IMG/VR virus record: IMGVR_UViG_3300030376_007339
Span: 1,813-65,812 of that record
Length of the DNA stretch: 64,000 nt
Source of the DNA: a virus
Lineage: Duplodnaviria; Caudoviricetes
Strand: one strand, 5' to 3'
Below, one piece after another: positions 30,473-40,619 of this stretch. The position numbers and the translations under genes are program-made. Numbering within the stretch: the stretch's first letter is position 1; each line of letters begins with the position of its first letter. The notes beneath the pieces were generated by a model. It was given only the letters and a program-made list of their open reading frames with translations, had not been told where the DNA came from and ran no database searches.

Positions 30473-30796
30473 TTATTGTAAACTACCTTCATTTAAATGC
30501 TTTTCCACGAGCATGAGTGCTGCGGGTTTGGTTAAGTAACCGCTACCCATTTGCACTCCTGCTTCTTTCAACCAAGATACGATGTCTTTTCTATTCCAAC
30601 TTTCATCAGGGACATTGCTTTCTTCTGCTGAAGTAGGCTCTTCCTCCACAATCCTAAATTTGTTGGGAGGAAGAAACCTACGATTCGCTTTAAGCCATTC
30701 ATGTGTTACCTCAACCTCTTTTCCACGAACCCACGAGTCTTTTTTATCTCGCATGGGGGTTTCGTAAAGAGGCCCTAAAAAGGTAACAGAAGGCAA
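30473..30796 (-). CDS. Small protein with C-terminal HeH/LEM-like helical motif
   Basis: PDESWNRKDIVSWLKEAGV..TKPAALMLV. Confidence 0.6.
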   Translation of the reverse strand: MPSVTFLGPLYETPMRDKKDSWVRGKEVEVTHEWLKANRRFLPPNKFRIVEEEPTSAEESNVPDESWNRKDIVSWLKEAGVQMGSGYLTKPAALMLVEKHLNEGSLQ

Positions 30797-30805
30797 TTAA
30801 TCACC

Positions 30806-31255
30806 TCAACCTACGATAGCGGTCAATAATACTACGTCTGTGTTTCCAGCGGTGGTGTATGCAATTGTACCTGATTCGTGTGCAACTACGGTAGCCGCCG
30901 CCAACAAAGATTCGTCAGTGTCGGTATCGTTAACAAGGGATACTAAAGCGAAAACCTTGCTTAGTCCACTGTCGTATGCATTTACATCAAAGGTGTGTGC
31001 GGTTCCAGTGTCACCGGTAAGTGAGACTGAAATGAGTCTCAAACCAGAAACAGGTTTGTTACTGCTTGAGTTAGCAGCATTGAATCCGGTGAGTGCGCCG
31101 GGGTAAGTCCCTGCGGCAGCCGTACCGGATTGCCATGCGGTGTTATCTCCAACAGTTCCATCTGCGTTAGGAACTTTTTGAGGTGCGCCGGGTGTGTTAC
31201 CACCAATTGCAATGTCCAAATATGTTGTCGTTACTGTCAAATTACTATGTGCCAT
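30806..31255 (-). CDS. Putative capsid decoration protein
   Basis: 149 aa, A/T/G-rich, immediately after MCP, strong RBS GGAGATGA. Confidence 0.5.
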   Translation of the reverse strand: MAHSNLTVTTTYLDIAIGGNTPGAPQKVPNADGTVGDNTAWQSGTAAAGTYPGALTGFNAANSSSNKPVSGLRLISVSLTGDTGTAHTFDVNAYDSGLSKVFALVSLVNDTDTDESLLAAATVVAHESGTIAYTTAGNTDVVLLTAIVG

Positions 31256-31292
31256 TTATCATCATCTCCATTTATTTTTTTCTCCAATCGCC

Positions 31293-32423
31293 TCACTTCA
31301 AGTCTCGGATAGAACCGTGACCTCCAAAGAAAGTTGTCCATACTTCACCCATGGTTCGGTACATTCCCTCTTGTCCGAGGCGGTTGATAGCGAATGGGTC
31401 GCCAGTTTCAATTCCACTCTCGAAGTATTGGGTTGGAATAGCGGTGCTAAAGTACAAGTAGTCTGTGTCAAGGTAGTAAATTCGGCTTAGGCCGTCTGCT
31501 GGTACGTCTTTGGATGGAATGATTGGGACACCGTTGTAGGTAGCCACAATGAAACCAGCCTCAACACCGGGTACACCCTTTACACCGTTGTAGGTTGGGG
31601 TGACTCTCTTTTCTTCCATGAACCTTTGTTGGCTTTGGAGAAGTTGTTGAAGTCTCATCAAAGTGTCGTATCCAGTAAGCATAACCTTTGGATTACCACC
31701 ACGGACCCAAATCTTTTGGAACAAATCGTCCAATTGGTCGAGTGATAGTGTTCTGTTGGTGCTTGCTGTGTCAGCATTTCCTTCTGCAAAGGACCAAGAG
31801 TTAGCACTTCGGTCAATTGAGTAAATGTCTTCATCTCCAGCATCATAGTGAGTACCTGAGGTCATAGCAGTTGAATCAGAAGTTGTTACCCTGTCAAGTG
31901 ATTCAAAATCGTTTGCAGCAGCAGTTGATACATCGGTCAACAACATTCTGTTGATGTGTTCTGCGTGGTGCTTACCCATTTCTTCTTTCAAAACGCTGCG
32001 AATGTCACCAAGACCGTCATCTTTGTCAGCAAGGAACATGGCTGTTTCGCTCATGTCAAATGTGTGGACAACAGTTTTTGGTTTTGCAGCAATGTGCTGG
32101 AAAATAGGTTTGGTAGTGTCAGGTAGTGTTGCGTTTTCTGCAACTCCTCCACCAACGGTGAAAGATGGTTTTTGAGTTACAACTCTCCAACCACTTCGCT
32201 CCCACGGTCTTTTCGGTAGAATGCTAAATGCATTGAATTCTTGGTTAAGTTGACTCCAAACCTTTCGGCCATAAATTGCTTGGTATGTACCGGCGGTTGA
32301 GGACAACATTGGGCTATCTGCTTTCAAAAGTTCTGAACCGCTGTAAGAATATCCCATAGCGTTTCCTGCGCCGTAGAAATAGCGTTCCATATCTTGTACT
32401 GTTCTAATATAATCTCTTGCCAT
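31293..32423 (-). CDS. Major capsid protein (HK97 fold)
   Basis: 376 aa after the protease-scaffold gene; AKPKTVVHTFDMSE, GNPKVMLTG, YNGVPIIPSKD, IYYLDTDYL are HK97-fold-like; putative propeptide ending SELLK|ADS. Confidence 0.9.
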   Translation of the reverse strand: MARDYIRTVQDMERYFYGAGNAMGYSYSGSELLKADSPMLSSTAGTYQAIYGRKVWSQLNQEFNAFSILPKRPWERSGWRVVTQKPSFTVGGGVAENATLPDTTKPIFQHIAAKPKTVVHTFDMSETAMFLADKDDGLGDIRSVLKEEMGKHHAEHINRMLLTDVSTAAANDFESLDRVTTSDSTAMTSGTHYDAGDEDIYSIDRSANSWSFAEGNADTASTNRTLSLDQLDDLFQKIWVRGGNPKVMLTGYDTLMRLQQLLQSQQRFMEEKRVTPTYNGVKGVPGVEAGFIVATYNGVPIIPSKDVPADGLSRIYYLDTDYLYFSTAIPTQYFESGIETGDPFAINRLGQEGMYRTMGEVWTTFFGGHGSIRDLK

Positions 32424-32455
32424 ATTTTTCATCTCCTATAATTTTTTCCTTCTCC

Positions 32456-33853
32456 TCATGCACCCCGGTAAACCTTGTTGGCAAGAGTGTGTACCTCATC
32501 CCAAGACATGTGTGCAAGGTCATGCGTTGTTGGAACATTAATGTTTGTAAGACCGGAATCAGCAGACTTAGCGATTACTGTTCCTTCTGTGGTAAGATTG
32601 CTGATTCTCTCTTCTAAGTTTTCAATACTCTTGAGAACATGTGAAAGAGGTTCACGTGCATCAAAGGCTGCTTTTTCAGCATTTGACTTAGCAACAGTTT
32701 GTTCTTCAGTGAACCTGTTGGAGAAGTATCCTTCAAGTTCATTTCTGAATTGTTGTTCTTCTGCGGCGGCTTTGTAAACTTCATATGCGGCATGAATGTC
32801 GCTTTGACTTACATTGTTAGCAGACAAGTATTGCTTTGCCAACGATGCTGCTCCCATTGCACCTGCTGGTTCTTTTCCACCAGTTGCAGATACGGCGCTG
32901 ATTGCTCCAGTAGATGGAGAACCATTCTCTTGTCCTCGGCCACGAACTTGTCCAGCGAAATAGTCAGCACCATCCACTGAATCGGGGTTATCGAAACCAC
33001 CAAGTTGTGCCTTCTCAAGATTTCCGAAGTGGTCACGAGCGGCTTCTATGTCAACACCACTCTTTGAGAGAGTGCCTTCCAAGAAACTTAGATATTCGCT
33101 GGTGATAAAGTCTGAATACTCTTCTTTAGCGTACATCTTGTCGTCCTTGTCGTCTTTCTTTTTCTCTTCCTCTTCGTCCTCTTTCTTGGACATTTTTTCT
33201 TCTTCGTTCATGTCCTTCTTGTCTTTCTTGGAATCAAGGTGTTCTTTCAAACCTTTAGGCATTTCTCCTTTTTCCATTGCATCAAGACGGGCATCTAGTT
33301 TGTTCATCATTTCCATTAAACTTTGTTCTTCTGTCATAGTTATATCCTCCTTCAGAATACGAAATTGTGCTTCAGGGTTAATACCTTTTTCACAAATCGT
33401 GATTTCATGGAGTTCCATTTTACTTATCTCTTGGTATTCACCATGAGAATTGTCTGCTTTTCGGACTCGCTTGAATGCTTGTCCTCCGATTGAGAAGCCT
33501 TGCAAATTACCTTTTCTTATTTCGGCTGCTACTTCTCGTGCTTTTTCTATATCATTACGTAGTTTTACGACAACAAACATTCCTGTGTCATCCACTTCAG
33601 ATTTCCACATTCTTCCGTTTTTGTCAACGTATGAGTCAATAACTTCTCCAACTTGTATGTTAGAGTGTGCAAGTTGAACATTTCGGTATTTGTCACTTTT
33701 CATAAAGTTTCCAAAAGCATCATTGAGTGCCCCTCTTGTAATTAGGTCACCTTGCTTGTCAACGAGTTCAACTGATGCGTAACCAGCGACAACCAAATCA
33801 TTCCCACTCTTTAGAATGGAAATGCCTGATGACGGTCTTCGCATGGTCAGCAT
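32456..33853 (-). CDS. HK97-type prohead protease fused to scaffold
   Basis: VAGYASVELVDKQGDLI, QLAHSN (His), GFSIGG (Ser), LHEITI; coiled-coil acidic/basic C-terminal half. Confidence 0.9.
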   Translation of the reverse strand: MLTMRRPSSGISILKSGNDLVVAGYASVELVDKQGDLITRGALNDAFGNFMKSDKYRNVQLAHSNIQVGEVIDSYVDKNGRMWKSEVDDTGMFVVVKLRNDIEKAREVAAEIRKGNLQGFSIGGQAFKRVRKADNSHGEYQEISKMELHEITICEKGINPEAQFRILKEDITMTEEQSLMEMMNKLDARLDAMEKGEMPKGLKEHLDSKKDKKDMNEEEKMSKKEDEEEEKKKDDKDDKMYAKEEYSDFITSEYLSFLEGTLSKSGVDIEAARDHFGNLEKAQLGGFDNPDSVDGADYFAGQVRGRGQENGSPSTGAISAVSATGGKEPAGAMGAASLAKQYLSANNVSQSDIHAAYEVYKAAAEEQQFRNELEGYFSNRFTEEQTVAKSNAEKAAFDAREPLSHVLKSIENLEERISNLTTEGTVIAKSADSGLTNINVPTTHDLAHMSWDEVHTLANKVYRGA

Positions 33854-33878
33854 TGAAAGGAATGATTCTTTGTTTTTT

Positions 33879-33898
33879 TATTTATAGTTATCTATTTT
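33879..33898 (-). promoter_or_regulatory. Archaeal BRE-TATA promoter for the protease-MCP operon
   Basis: Minus strand AAAAATAGATAAC-TATAAATA, 26-33 nt upstream of ATG 33853. Confidence 0.6.
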
Positions 33899-36800
33899 TG
33901 AGATATACTAACTTCATCCTTATTTTTGTCAAAAGCGATGGACTCACCTGCATCTGTACGTAAATCGATATGTTTTACAGATTCTTCTTCATCTTCTTCA
34001 TCTTCTTCATCTTCTTCATCAAATCGTTTTTTTCCATCATAATCAGGTAAATTTGAATCTTCAGTTAATTTTGTTGGCCCTTGTGGTGATTCAACAGGTG
34101 TAGCCATGTCTATCCCAAGCCCTTTCGGACCTGTCCATGTCATTTTTTCTTTTGTTAACATATCAATGGCACGAGTAAAGACGTGTGCCGCTTTGATTGT
34201 AGTGGGTTTTAGAATTCTTTTTTCATCCTTTGCATCTAATACACCAGCAGATTGTTCCTCTTGCCTTTTACGACTAGGTGGCTTTTTTTCTTTTATCTCT
34301 AATTTTTTAATGTAACCTTGTAACATAAGTGAAGCAATAGGTTCCCAAAATGGTTGTAAACTTTCAGCAAGCGAAAGTGAGTAATTGGATTTTCGTAAAT
34401 CGCCTATATCTGTTGTTACGTTTTGTAAATACCATTTATCTTCTATATATTCAACTTCATAATTTACCGTATCAATATCTTTAAGGATAATTTTTAATTT
34501 GTTATCTTCCATATCTACATCATGTGGTATGAGTATTGGAGAGAAAGATTTGGTAAGCAGGTCTAAAGATTCAGCGCTCGCTGCCCCTTCTCCCTCTCCT
34601 TCATCAACAATCTCTTGTATGTGAACATTGTATATGTCTCTCCCACCTCTTCTTTTCTTTCCTAAACCACTTATTTTCGCTCTTACTAAATCGCCCACTT
34701 TGAAAAGTTTTTGTTGATTTCTTGCAGTTCCAATATCCATGTAATCTTTGTTTTCTAAGGTTATTGCCCGATTACCCAATACTGATGCATTGTTAATAGG
34801 ACCTGCGCCTAATTGGTATGTATATGGGCCAGTGCCTCTTCTATCAAGAACGATGAAATTGAAATCTTTTGTTTCACGAAGTAAAAGCCATTTTGGATGT
34901 CTTGTTTCCCCTTTCATGTAAGTTGACTTATTATCTCTCAACAGTATGACATCATGTTCCTTCTTTATTTCTTTTACCGAGTCTTCAAGCCCTTCTTCGT
35001 CAGTGATACGTGTATCATGTGGACCGGGCACTATGACATTTTCATAACTATCAAACTGCCCACGTAAAATTTTCATCCGTTCAAATAATAACATATCAGC
35101 GATATTATTATCATCGTAATTTATAATGTCAATCAGATTTATTTCTTCCTCTCCAAGTATAGCATCGACAGTATAATTTTTGTCACTTATTTTTTTAATA
35201 TTTTCTTTAATTGACTTCTTAACTCCAACTTTTTTCTTGTTTTCATCATAAACAGTAATATTGTCATCATTTTTTACAATGATAATTCTTTTACCATCAT
35301 ACCATTTACTAACTACCCAAGAACCGCTAAAACCACGTAAGTTATCAATATCATTTAAATTAAATATTCTGTGCATTGGTCTAATAGGTGGTGCCCAATC
35401 TGCTTCATCAGATTTTATCAAAAGCACATCGGGGTCAATTAACGAATTGACATACTCACTGGCTTCACTCATTACTAAAGTAGTAAACTCGTCACTCGGT
35501 GATGAATAAGTTTCAGGATTAACATTTGATTGTGGTGTTTCAAGGCTTTGTGGTGGAGGTGCATTTTGTAAGACTTGAGAAACCGCCTCAGGGGAATGGG
35601 CGATATTCATCAATTCTTGAGGAATACTATGTGCCATCATTGGTTTTGCATAACTACCCACATGTATGTTGTCCTCACTATCAAATTCAGCACCAAGAGA
35701 AGGCTCGGCTAAATGACCATTATGGATTTGCCCTGAATTAAACGTACTAAAGAGAGACACCATGGTAGGAGAAACTGCACCAATTGGTAAAGAAGTTATT
35801 CCAGCAGAACGAATAATTTCATCAGGTGCTTCAACAACATCTTCTTGCGCTTTTTCAGGGTCAATAAAAATTATATTATCCAAACCGTTTTTGGTTTTTC
35901 TTGAAACTTTCTTTACTCCTTTTCCAGCACCTAAGGCATTGTGTGGGTCAAATTGAGCAGCATTCAACATTTCTAAACCATGTTGCTGCATAGATGCTTT
36001 GTATCGTTGCGGACTCATGATATGTTGCACCATTTGGGGCATCCGATGAATATAATGTGAACTCCAATTACCACCAGTTGCATTTACTTTTGTTTGTAAG
36101 TTATCTATCGCTGAATAAATGTCATTGTTATGAGTATCTTGATGAAACATATCTTCATGAGATGCTTCATCAGGTGAAATATTCATTCTCTCTTCATTTC
36201 TTTGAAGTAAATTATTACTCATATTACCTATCTTAATCTCATCATCACCAAGAAGTAAATCTCTCACTGTTAATGCTTTGAAAGGAACTTGACGTAAATT
36301 GGATTGCTCAATTAAACTTCTTACATATTCTTTCATTTGTGGTGTTTTCTTTAAATTCATACCTTCTAAAACTTCATCAACAGACATGTTTCCATTAACT
36401 TCAAACCCGGTGTTATTAACAGTATTTGCAATGTTTTTATGTTCTTGATGTTGTTTTGGTTTATCACTTGTTCTCATTGATATACCATACGTTTTTGCTG
36501 ACAAACCATGTTTTGATGTGGTGTGTAAATATCTTTCAGCATCACTAAAAGCACGTTGAGTATTCCATATGAATTGTTGTGGGTCATCGACTGAAAAAGC
36601 ATTTTCATCGTGTTCTAAATACTTAGGTATGATGAAATCACGTGCTACTTCTGCAACAAGTTTTCTATGGTCCTTTAATAGGTCTAATGTTTGCTGCGCT
36701 GCTATTTTCCAATGATTACTTGGTTTACCTGATACACTTTGTTTTGCTTTATTTTCAAGTTGAGTAAGTTGATTTTGTTTATCTGTTAATTCTTCTCTTA

Positions 36801-39627
36801 TTGAAAGCATACCTTCGGGCGATAAACCCTCTTCTGTGAGTCTTTCATTTAATTGTTCAACAGACTCTCTAAGTTTATTTTCTTCTTCTCTCGCTGGCAA
36901 CATCCCACCTAAACTTAACAAATGGTTCATTGCAAGTGTATCACTGGTTGTGATTTTTGTGGTTGCTTTTTGATTTTTGGATTTACTCTCCTCAACTCTT
37001 TTTTCATGCAAGTTGTCTTTAAAATTTTGAAACCAATTAACCACTTGATTTACATTTAACTCGTCTTTTTCCCCAAAACCTAAACGATTTTTCAATGCTG
37101 AATAATTTTCATTGTTATCTGTTTGTACTGTATTATTCAAAAAATCAACTATTTTTGATGGAGAATTAGTGTTTAATATGTCTCCAATAGAATTAATGAC
37201 TCGAATTGGGAAAAAATCCTCTTTTTTATTCACATCAATATTGAGTTTATCCAACATGTTAGGACTAATTGGTTTACTTTGCCATCCCATAAAATCCAAA
37301 AAATCTTGTAAACCATCCCCACCGCTCACTGAAAGGTCACCCGAAAACAAATCTTGTAACGATGCAACTGACTTTTTAGCAGGTTGATTAGGATGATTTT
37401 GCCTTCCTAAAAACGTATTAAATATATGAGCCTGCATTGCTCTTTGAACCATTAAACTATCAGTCGGTCTTTCTCCATAAGCGGTTTTCGGTTGAATAGT
37501 AGATACAGGATGTGAAGCCAAGTGCGGCGTCATGTGTTGATTGTGAGAGCCAAGTTCTTTCTTTTCTTTTGATGTTGCATTTCTCATAAAGTATTCATAA
37601 AGAGGATTTATTGCAGTTTTGTGTTCTGTGTGATTGTTTTTTCCTGATAAAGTCTTTTTACTACTATTAACAGGTGAAAGAATATTTTGTATTATTGGAT
37701 TACTATGTTCCTTGACAAATCTTTTCTTCTCAACATCATAGTGTCCAATTGGAGTAGTTTTTTCTGGTGCAAAATGATAACCTAAGGCTTTGTTATTAGG
37801 ATGTAATTCATAGTATGAATGCCCTCCCTCATCCCATCTAAACATAGTTGATTCACTATTATCATGAGATACACTATTGTTTAAGTCTAACCAAGTGGCT
37901 AATGACGTTCCTTGCCCGCCAATATTTTGATACATTTTTGACCAAAAAAGTGACGGTCCGTATCTATAGCCTTGTCCGATGTTCCATATTTCGTCGGCTT
38001 CCTCATCGATGTGAGGGCCAAAAGGACTTGTTAACCAACTTCTATCGTTACGCATGTCTTTTGCTAAACTTGGTAAAGTACCTTTTTCTTTGGCTGCTTG
38101 CTCTAACTCTTCAATTTTTTCTAAAGGAATAATAGGGCCTTGCATATTACCATGTATCGGATGTTTTAGCATTGGTTTACGTGTTTGAGGGTGAAAACCT
38201 GATAAAAATAATAGGTCATCTATTGGTAATCTCGTGTCATATGGACTTTCTGGTGTTTTATTTTTATAATGATTTTTAGATGCAGATAATAAATCTGAAT
38301 AATTATATTTATCTTTGTAGTTGGTAGTGTGTAAATTTAATCTTGGTAAAAATGATATTTCTTCTTTACCTTCTTTAGTGTGTTTTTTATTTATTTCATC
38401 TAAAATGTAATGAGAGAAGGATTGTTCTAAATTATGTGGTATGTGAGATAGTTCTCCAATCGCTACTTGATTGAATGCCCCTTCACCTGTTTCATAATCT
38501 GATTCATTGCTTTCCAATTGATATGGAGCATTTCTTCCATGAAAGCCCTGTCCTCTCATCATATAATTCATATCAGGGGTTCTTCTCATGATGTTGTTAT
38601 GAATAATCCTTGCAGTAGGAATTTTTTCACCATTAGGAAGCGTGATAGTGTCATGGTCATCTACACCTCCCATTTCATCATAAATATGTTTCATTATGGC
38701 CGTTCTTTCTTCAGGATTAAACCACTCAAGACCATACATATATCCATCAAGCCCTAACGCATGAGGATGATATTCTACATTCTCTTCATATCCTTCAGTA
38801 TCAAACGAAGTAGTTTTTTCATGTTTATCGGAAATCCAGTCTTTAGCCCTGCTGTCAAAATGTTGATTTCTTAACACCTCATTGATTTCTTTGGGTTTTA
38901 ACCCCTGTTCTTCTAACTCAATTTCAATGTCTCTATTCGCTAATAACCAACGGCGGTAATCTCTTTCATAAAAATCCATTTGATGATTTCCTACCACACC
39001 ATTAACATCTAACTTACCAAGAAGTTTTTGTGTTTTTTTACCAAGAGTATCTTTTGATGATGCACCAAAATATAATGGACTTTTTTTATCTTTTAGATGT
39101 TTTATGTATTTTTTCTCAAACTCAGCCTCTTCTTCACCATGTCCACCTAATACGTGAGCCTTTAATAATTCCACAAAGTTAGGCATATCCGTTACACTGT
39201 TTGTTTTTCTCATGGGATGCACTGATTCATGATAAGGAAAATGATGTGCTTTGTAAGATGATGCACCAGTTCCAACGTATGTAGGCCACAAAGATGCTTG
39301 TTGAGCAATAGAAGTGGCACCGTATAAACCGTCTTTCCATACATGATTTGTTGGCTCTCCATGTGTGGTTTGTCTGCTATACAAATAACCTCGACCTTCA
39401 GGTAATTCAACCTCGAATTTTTGTTTACTGTCGTCTTTTTCTTCTTTTACTTCCTTTAAGATTATATCAGCCGTTGCTTTAAGTGACCATGATAAAGAGT
39501 CTGTTGGACTTTTTTGGAGTGATTCCCATGCAAAAAGATATTCTGCTGCACTATCAAAAATATCTTTACCATCGTATAAAGATAACAAAAAGTCATTTTT
39601 AGCAATGGCAAGTTGCTCATTGAACAT
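33892..39627 (-). CDS. 1911-aa head-module protein with C-terminal degenerate ATP-dependent DNA ligase (NTase + OB) fold
   Basis: KWYDGKR, VDAIL, LIDII, DVILLRD..STY.KG.TRHPKWLLLR and an OB-like segment follow ligase motif order, but catalytic residues are altered. Confidence 0.75.
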   Translation of the reverse strand: MFNEQLAIAKNDFLLSLYDGKDIFDSAAEYLFAWESLQKSPTDSLSWSLKATADIILKEVKEEKDDSKQKFEVELPEGRGYLYSRQTTHGEPTNHVWKDGLYGATSIAQQASLWPTYVGTGASSYKAHHFPYHESVHPMRKTNSVTDMPNFVELLKAHVLGGHGEEEAEFEKKYIKHLKDKKSPLYFGASSKDTLGKKTQKLLGKLDVNGVVGNHQMDFYERDYRRWLLANRDIEIELEEQGLKPKEINEVLRNQHFDSRAKDWISDKHEKTTSFDTEGYEENVEYHPHALGLDGYMYGLEWFNPEERTAIMKHIYDEMGGVDDHDTITLPNGEKIPTARIIHNNIMRRTPDMNYMMRGQGFHGRNAPYQLESNESDYETGEGAFNQVAIGELSHIPHNLEQSFSHYILDEINKKHTKEGKEEISFLPRLNLHTTNYKDKYNYSDLLSASKNHYKNKTPESPYDTRLPIDDLLFLSGFHPQTRKPMLKHPIHGNMQGPIIPLEKIEELEQAAKEKGTLPSLAKDMRNDRSWLTSPFGPHIDEEADEIWNIGQGYRYGPSLFWSKMYQNIGGQGTSLATWLDLNNSVSHDNSESTMFRWDEGGHSYYELHPNNKALGYHFAPEKTTPIGHYDVEKKRFVKEHSNPIIQNILSPVNSSKKTLSGKNNHTEHKTAINPLYEYFMRNATSKEKKELGSHNQHMTPHLASHPVSTIQPKTAYGERPTDSLMVQRAMQAHIFNTFLGRQNHPNQPAKKSVASLQDLFSGDLSVSGGDGLQDFLDFMGWQSKPISPNMLDKLNIDVNKKEDFFPIRVINSIGDILNTNSPSKIVDFLNNTVQTDNNENYSALKNRLGFGEKDELNVNQVVNWFQNFKDNLHEKRVEESKSKNQKATTKITTSDTLAMNHLLSLGGMLPAREEENKLRESVEQLNERLTEEGLSPEGMLSIREELTDKQNQLTQLENKAKQSVSGKPSNHWKIAAQQTLDLLKDHRKLVAEVARDFIIPKYLEHDENAFSVDDPQQFIWNTQRAFSDAERYLHTTSKHGLSAKTYGISMRTSDKPKQHQEHKNIANTVNNTGFEVNGNMSVDEVLEGMNLKKTPQMKEYVRSLIEQSNLRQVPFKALTVRDLLLGDDEIKIGNMSNNLLQRNEERMNISPDEASHEDMFHQDTHNNDIYSAIDNLQTKVNATGGNWSSHYIHRMPQMVQHIMSPQRYKASMQQHGLEMLNAAQFDPHNALGAGKGVKKVSRKTKNGLDNIIFIDPEKAQEDVVEAPDEIIRSAGITSLPIGAVSPTMVSLFSTFNSGQIHNGHLAEPSLGAEFDSEDNIHVGSYAKPMMAHSIPQELMNIAHSPEAVSQVLQNAPPPQSLETPQSNVNPETYSSPSDEFTTLVMSEASEYVNSLIDPDVLLIKSDEADWAPPIRPMHRIFNLNDIDNLRGFSGSWVVSKWYDGKRIIIVKNDDNITVYDENKKKVGVKKSIKENIKKISDKNYTVDAILGEEEINLIDIINYDDNNIADMLLFERMKILRGQFDSYENVIVPGPHDTRITDEEGLEDSVKEIKKEHDVILLRDNKSTYMKGETRHPKWLLLRETKDFNFIVLDRRGTGPYTYQLGAGPINNASVLGNRAITLENKDYMDIGTARNQQKLFKVGDLVRAKISGLGKKRRGGRDIYNVHIQEIVDEGEGEGAASAESLDLLTKSFSPILIPHDVDMEDNKLKIILKDIDTVNYEVEYIEDKWYLQNVTTDIGDLRKSNYSLSLAESLQPFWEPIASLMLQGYIKKLEIKEKKPPSRKRQEEQSAGVLDAKDEKRILKPTTIKAAHVFTRAIDMLTKEKMTWTGPKGLGIDMATPVESPQGPTKLTEDSNLPDYDGKKRFDEEDEEDEEDEEESVKHIDLRTDAGESIAFDKNKDEVSISQK

Positions 39628-39638
39628 TTTTTCACCGC

Positions 39639-39803
39639 CTAGTTAAGCGGCTGAAATTGTGGACAAGCATGGATGTCCATACCACGGTGAAGTAAACATC
39701 CGGTTCTATTTGAACCTCCACATATACCACAAAGCACAGGCATACCGCCTTCACCTGCTTCTCTTAACATTGCTTTTGGACTTTTTTTAATAAGTACCTT
39801 CAT
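39639..39803 (-). CDS. 54-aa Cys/His-rich protein (MKVLIKKS...CGICGG..C..H...C)
   Basis: Not in the track; ATGA overlap with the upstream stop; own translation. Confidence 0.65.
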   Translation of the reverse strand: MKVLIKKSPKAMLREAGEGGMPVLCGICGGSNRTGCLLHRGMDIHACPQFQPLN

Positions 39804-40285
39804 CTTTCTCCACCCATGAAGTTTGACTTGTCGGGGCCGCTTCCCTCATGGGGATTCATCCTTCTTCCAAGTCCCTCCACGTCGGTTTTTTTATCATCCT
39901 TTTTTCTTTTAGGTTTAGCAACTTCGGATTCAATACCGGTGCCGTTTGTAGTATAATATGCATTTCTTGTTTGACCGCCGGATTCTGAATGAATTTCAGG
40001 ATTTACATCAGTAATTTTTTCCTTTGGGAGTCTAAACTCTCCCTCCGCCTTTTCCATCTTACCACCGCATCCCATTTTCATACAAGCGCCTTTTTCTAAC
40101 TCTTCTCCACAAGAAGGACACTTTTCTTTACACTTACAGTCAGCCCCTTTTCCTTCACATTCGGGGCATTTTTCGGCTTTTTCTAATTGAGCAATTCTTT
40201 TGTCAATTCCTGCTGCTTTCTCTATCAGTTGTGTAATTTCGTAACTTTGTTGTTCAAATCTTGGTTTCACGGTATCACCTCTCAC
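39800..40285 (-). CDS. Cys-rich (Zn-binding) protein with repeated xEK-A sites
   Basis: CPEC..CKC..CPSC..C...C; IEKA, LEKA, LEKG, MEKA. Confidence 0.7.
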   Translation of the reverse strand: MRGDTVKPRFEQQSYEITQLIEKAAGIDKRIAQLEKAEKCPECEGKGADCKCKEKCPSCGEELEKGACMKMGCGGKMEKAEGEFRLPKEKITDVNPEIHSESGGQTRNAYYTTNGTGIESEVAKPKRKKDDKKTDVEGLGRRMNPHEGSGPDKSNFMGGER

Positions 40286-40619
40286 CGTCTTTTGCGGTAT
40301 TTGCTAACTCATGGATTTCATCCCATGACATTTCATGAAATGCTTCATTGGTTTGCGGTATGCTAGAGTTATTTCCTTTGAGTATTGAATCATTATTCAT
40401 ATCATTTCTAAAAGGGTCGTTTTGCATGTCTTCTGCAAAAGGAGTGTTTGACTTAACTAAACCCATCTTTTTTAGCAACATATTAGGATTGTTAATTATT
40501 TGCTGGAGTCTTTGATTTTCTGCTTTCAAAACATTGATATTAGAATCCATACTCTCCATTTTTGTAATGAGAGCATTCATCAACTGTTCAGCGTTGCCCT
40601 CTTCACTCATATAAATCAC
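40275..40619 (-). CDS. Coiled-coil protein with scaffold-like C-terminus
   Basis: C-terminal IPQTNEAFHEMSWDEIHELAN matches the protease-scaffold end VPTTHDLAHMSWDEVHTLAN. Confidence 0.75.
   Translation of the reverse strand: MIYMSEEGNAEQLMNALITKMESMDSNINVLKAENQRLQQIINNPNMLLKKMGLVKSNTPFAEDMQNDPFRNDMNNDSILKGNNSSIPQTNEAFHEMSWDEIHELANTAKDGER

Noticed and set aside
33892-39627. Annotation as a functional replicative DNA ligase
   Set aside because: Catalytic motif residues are substituted, and the gene context is head assembly.
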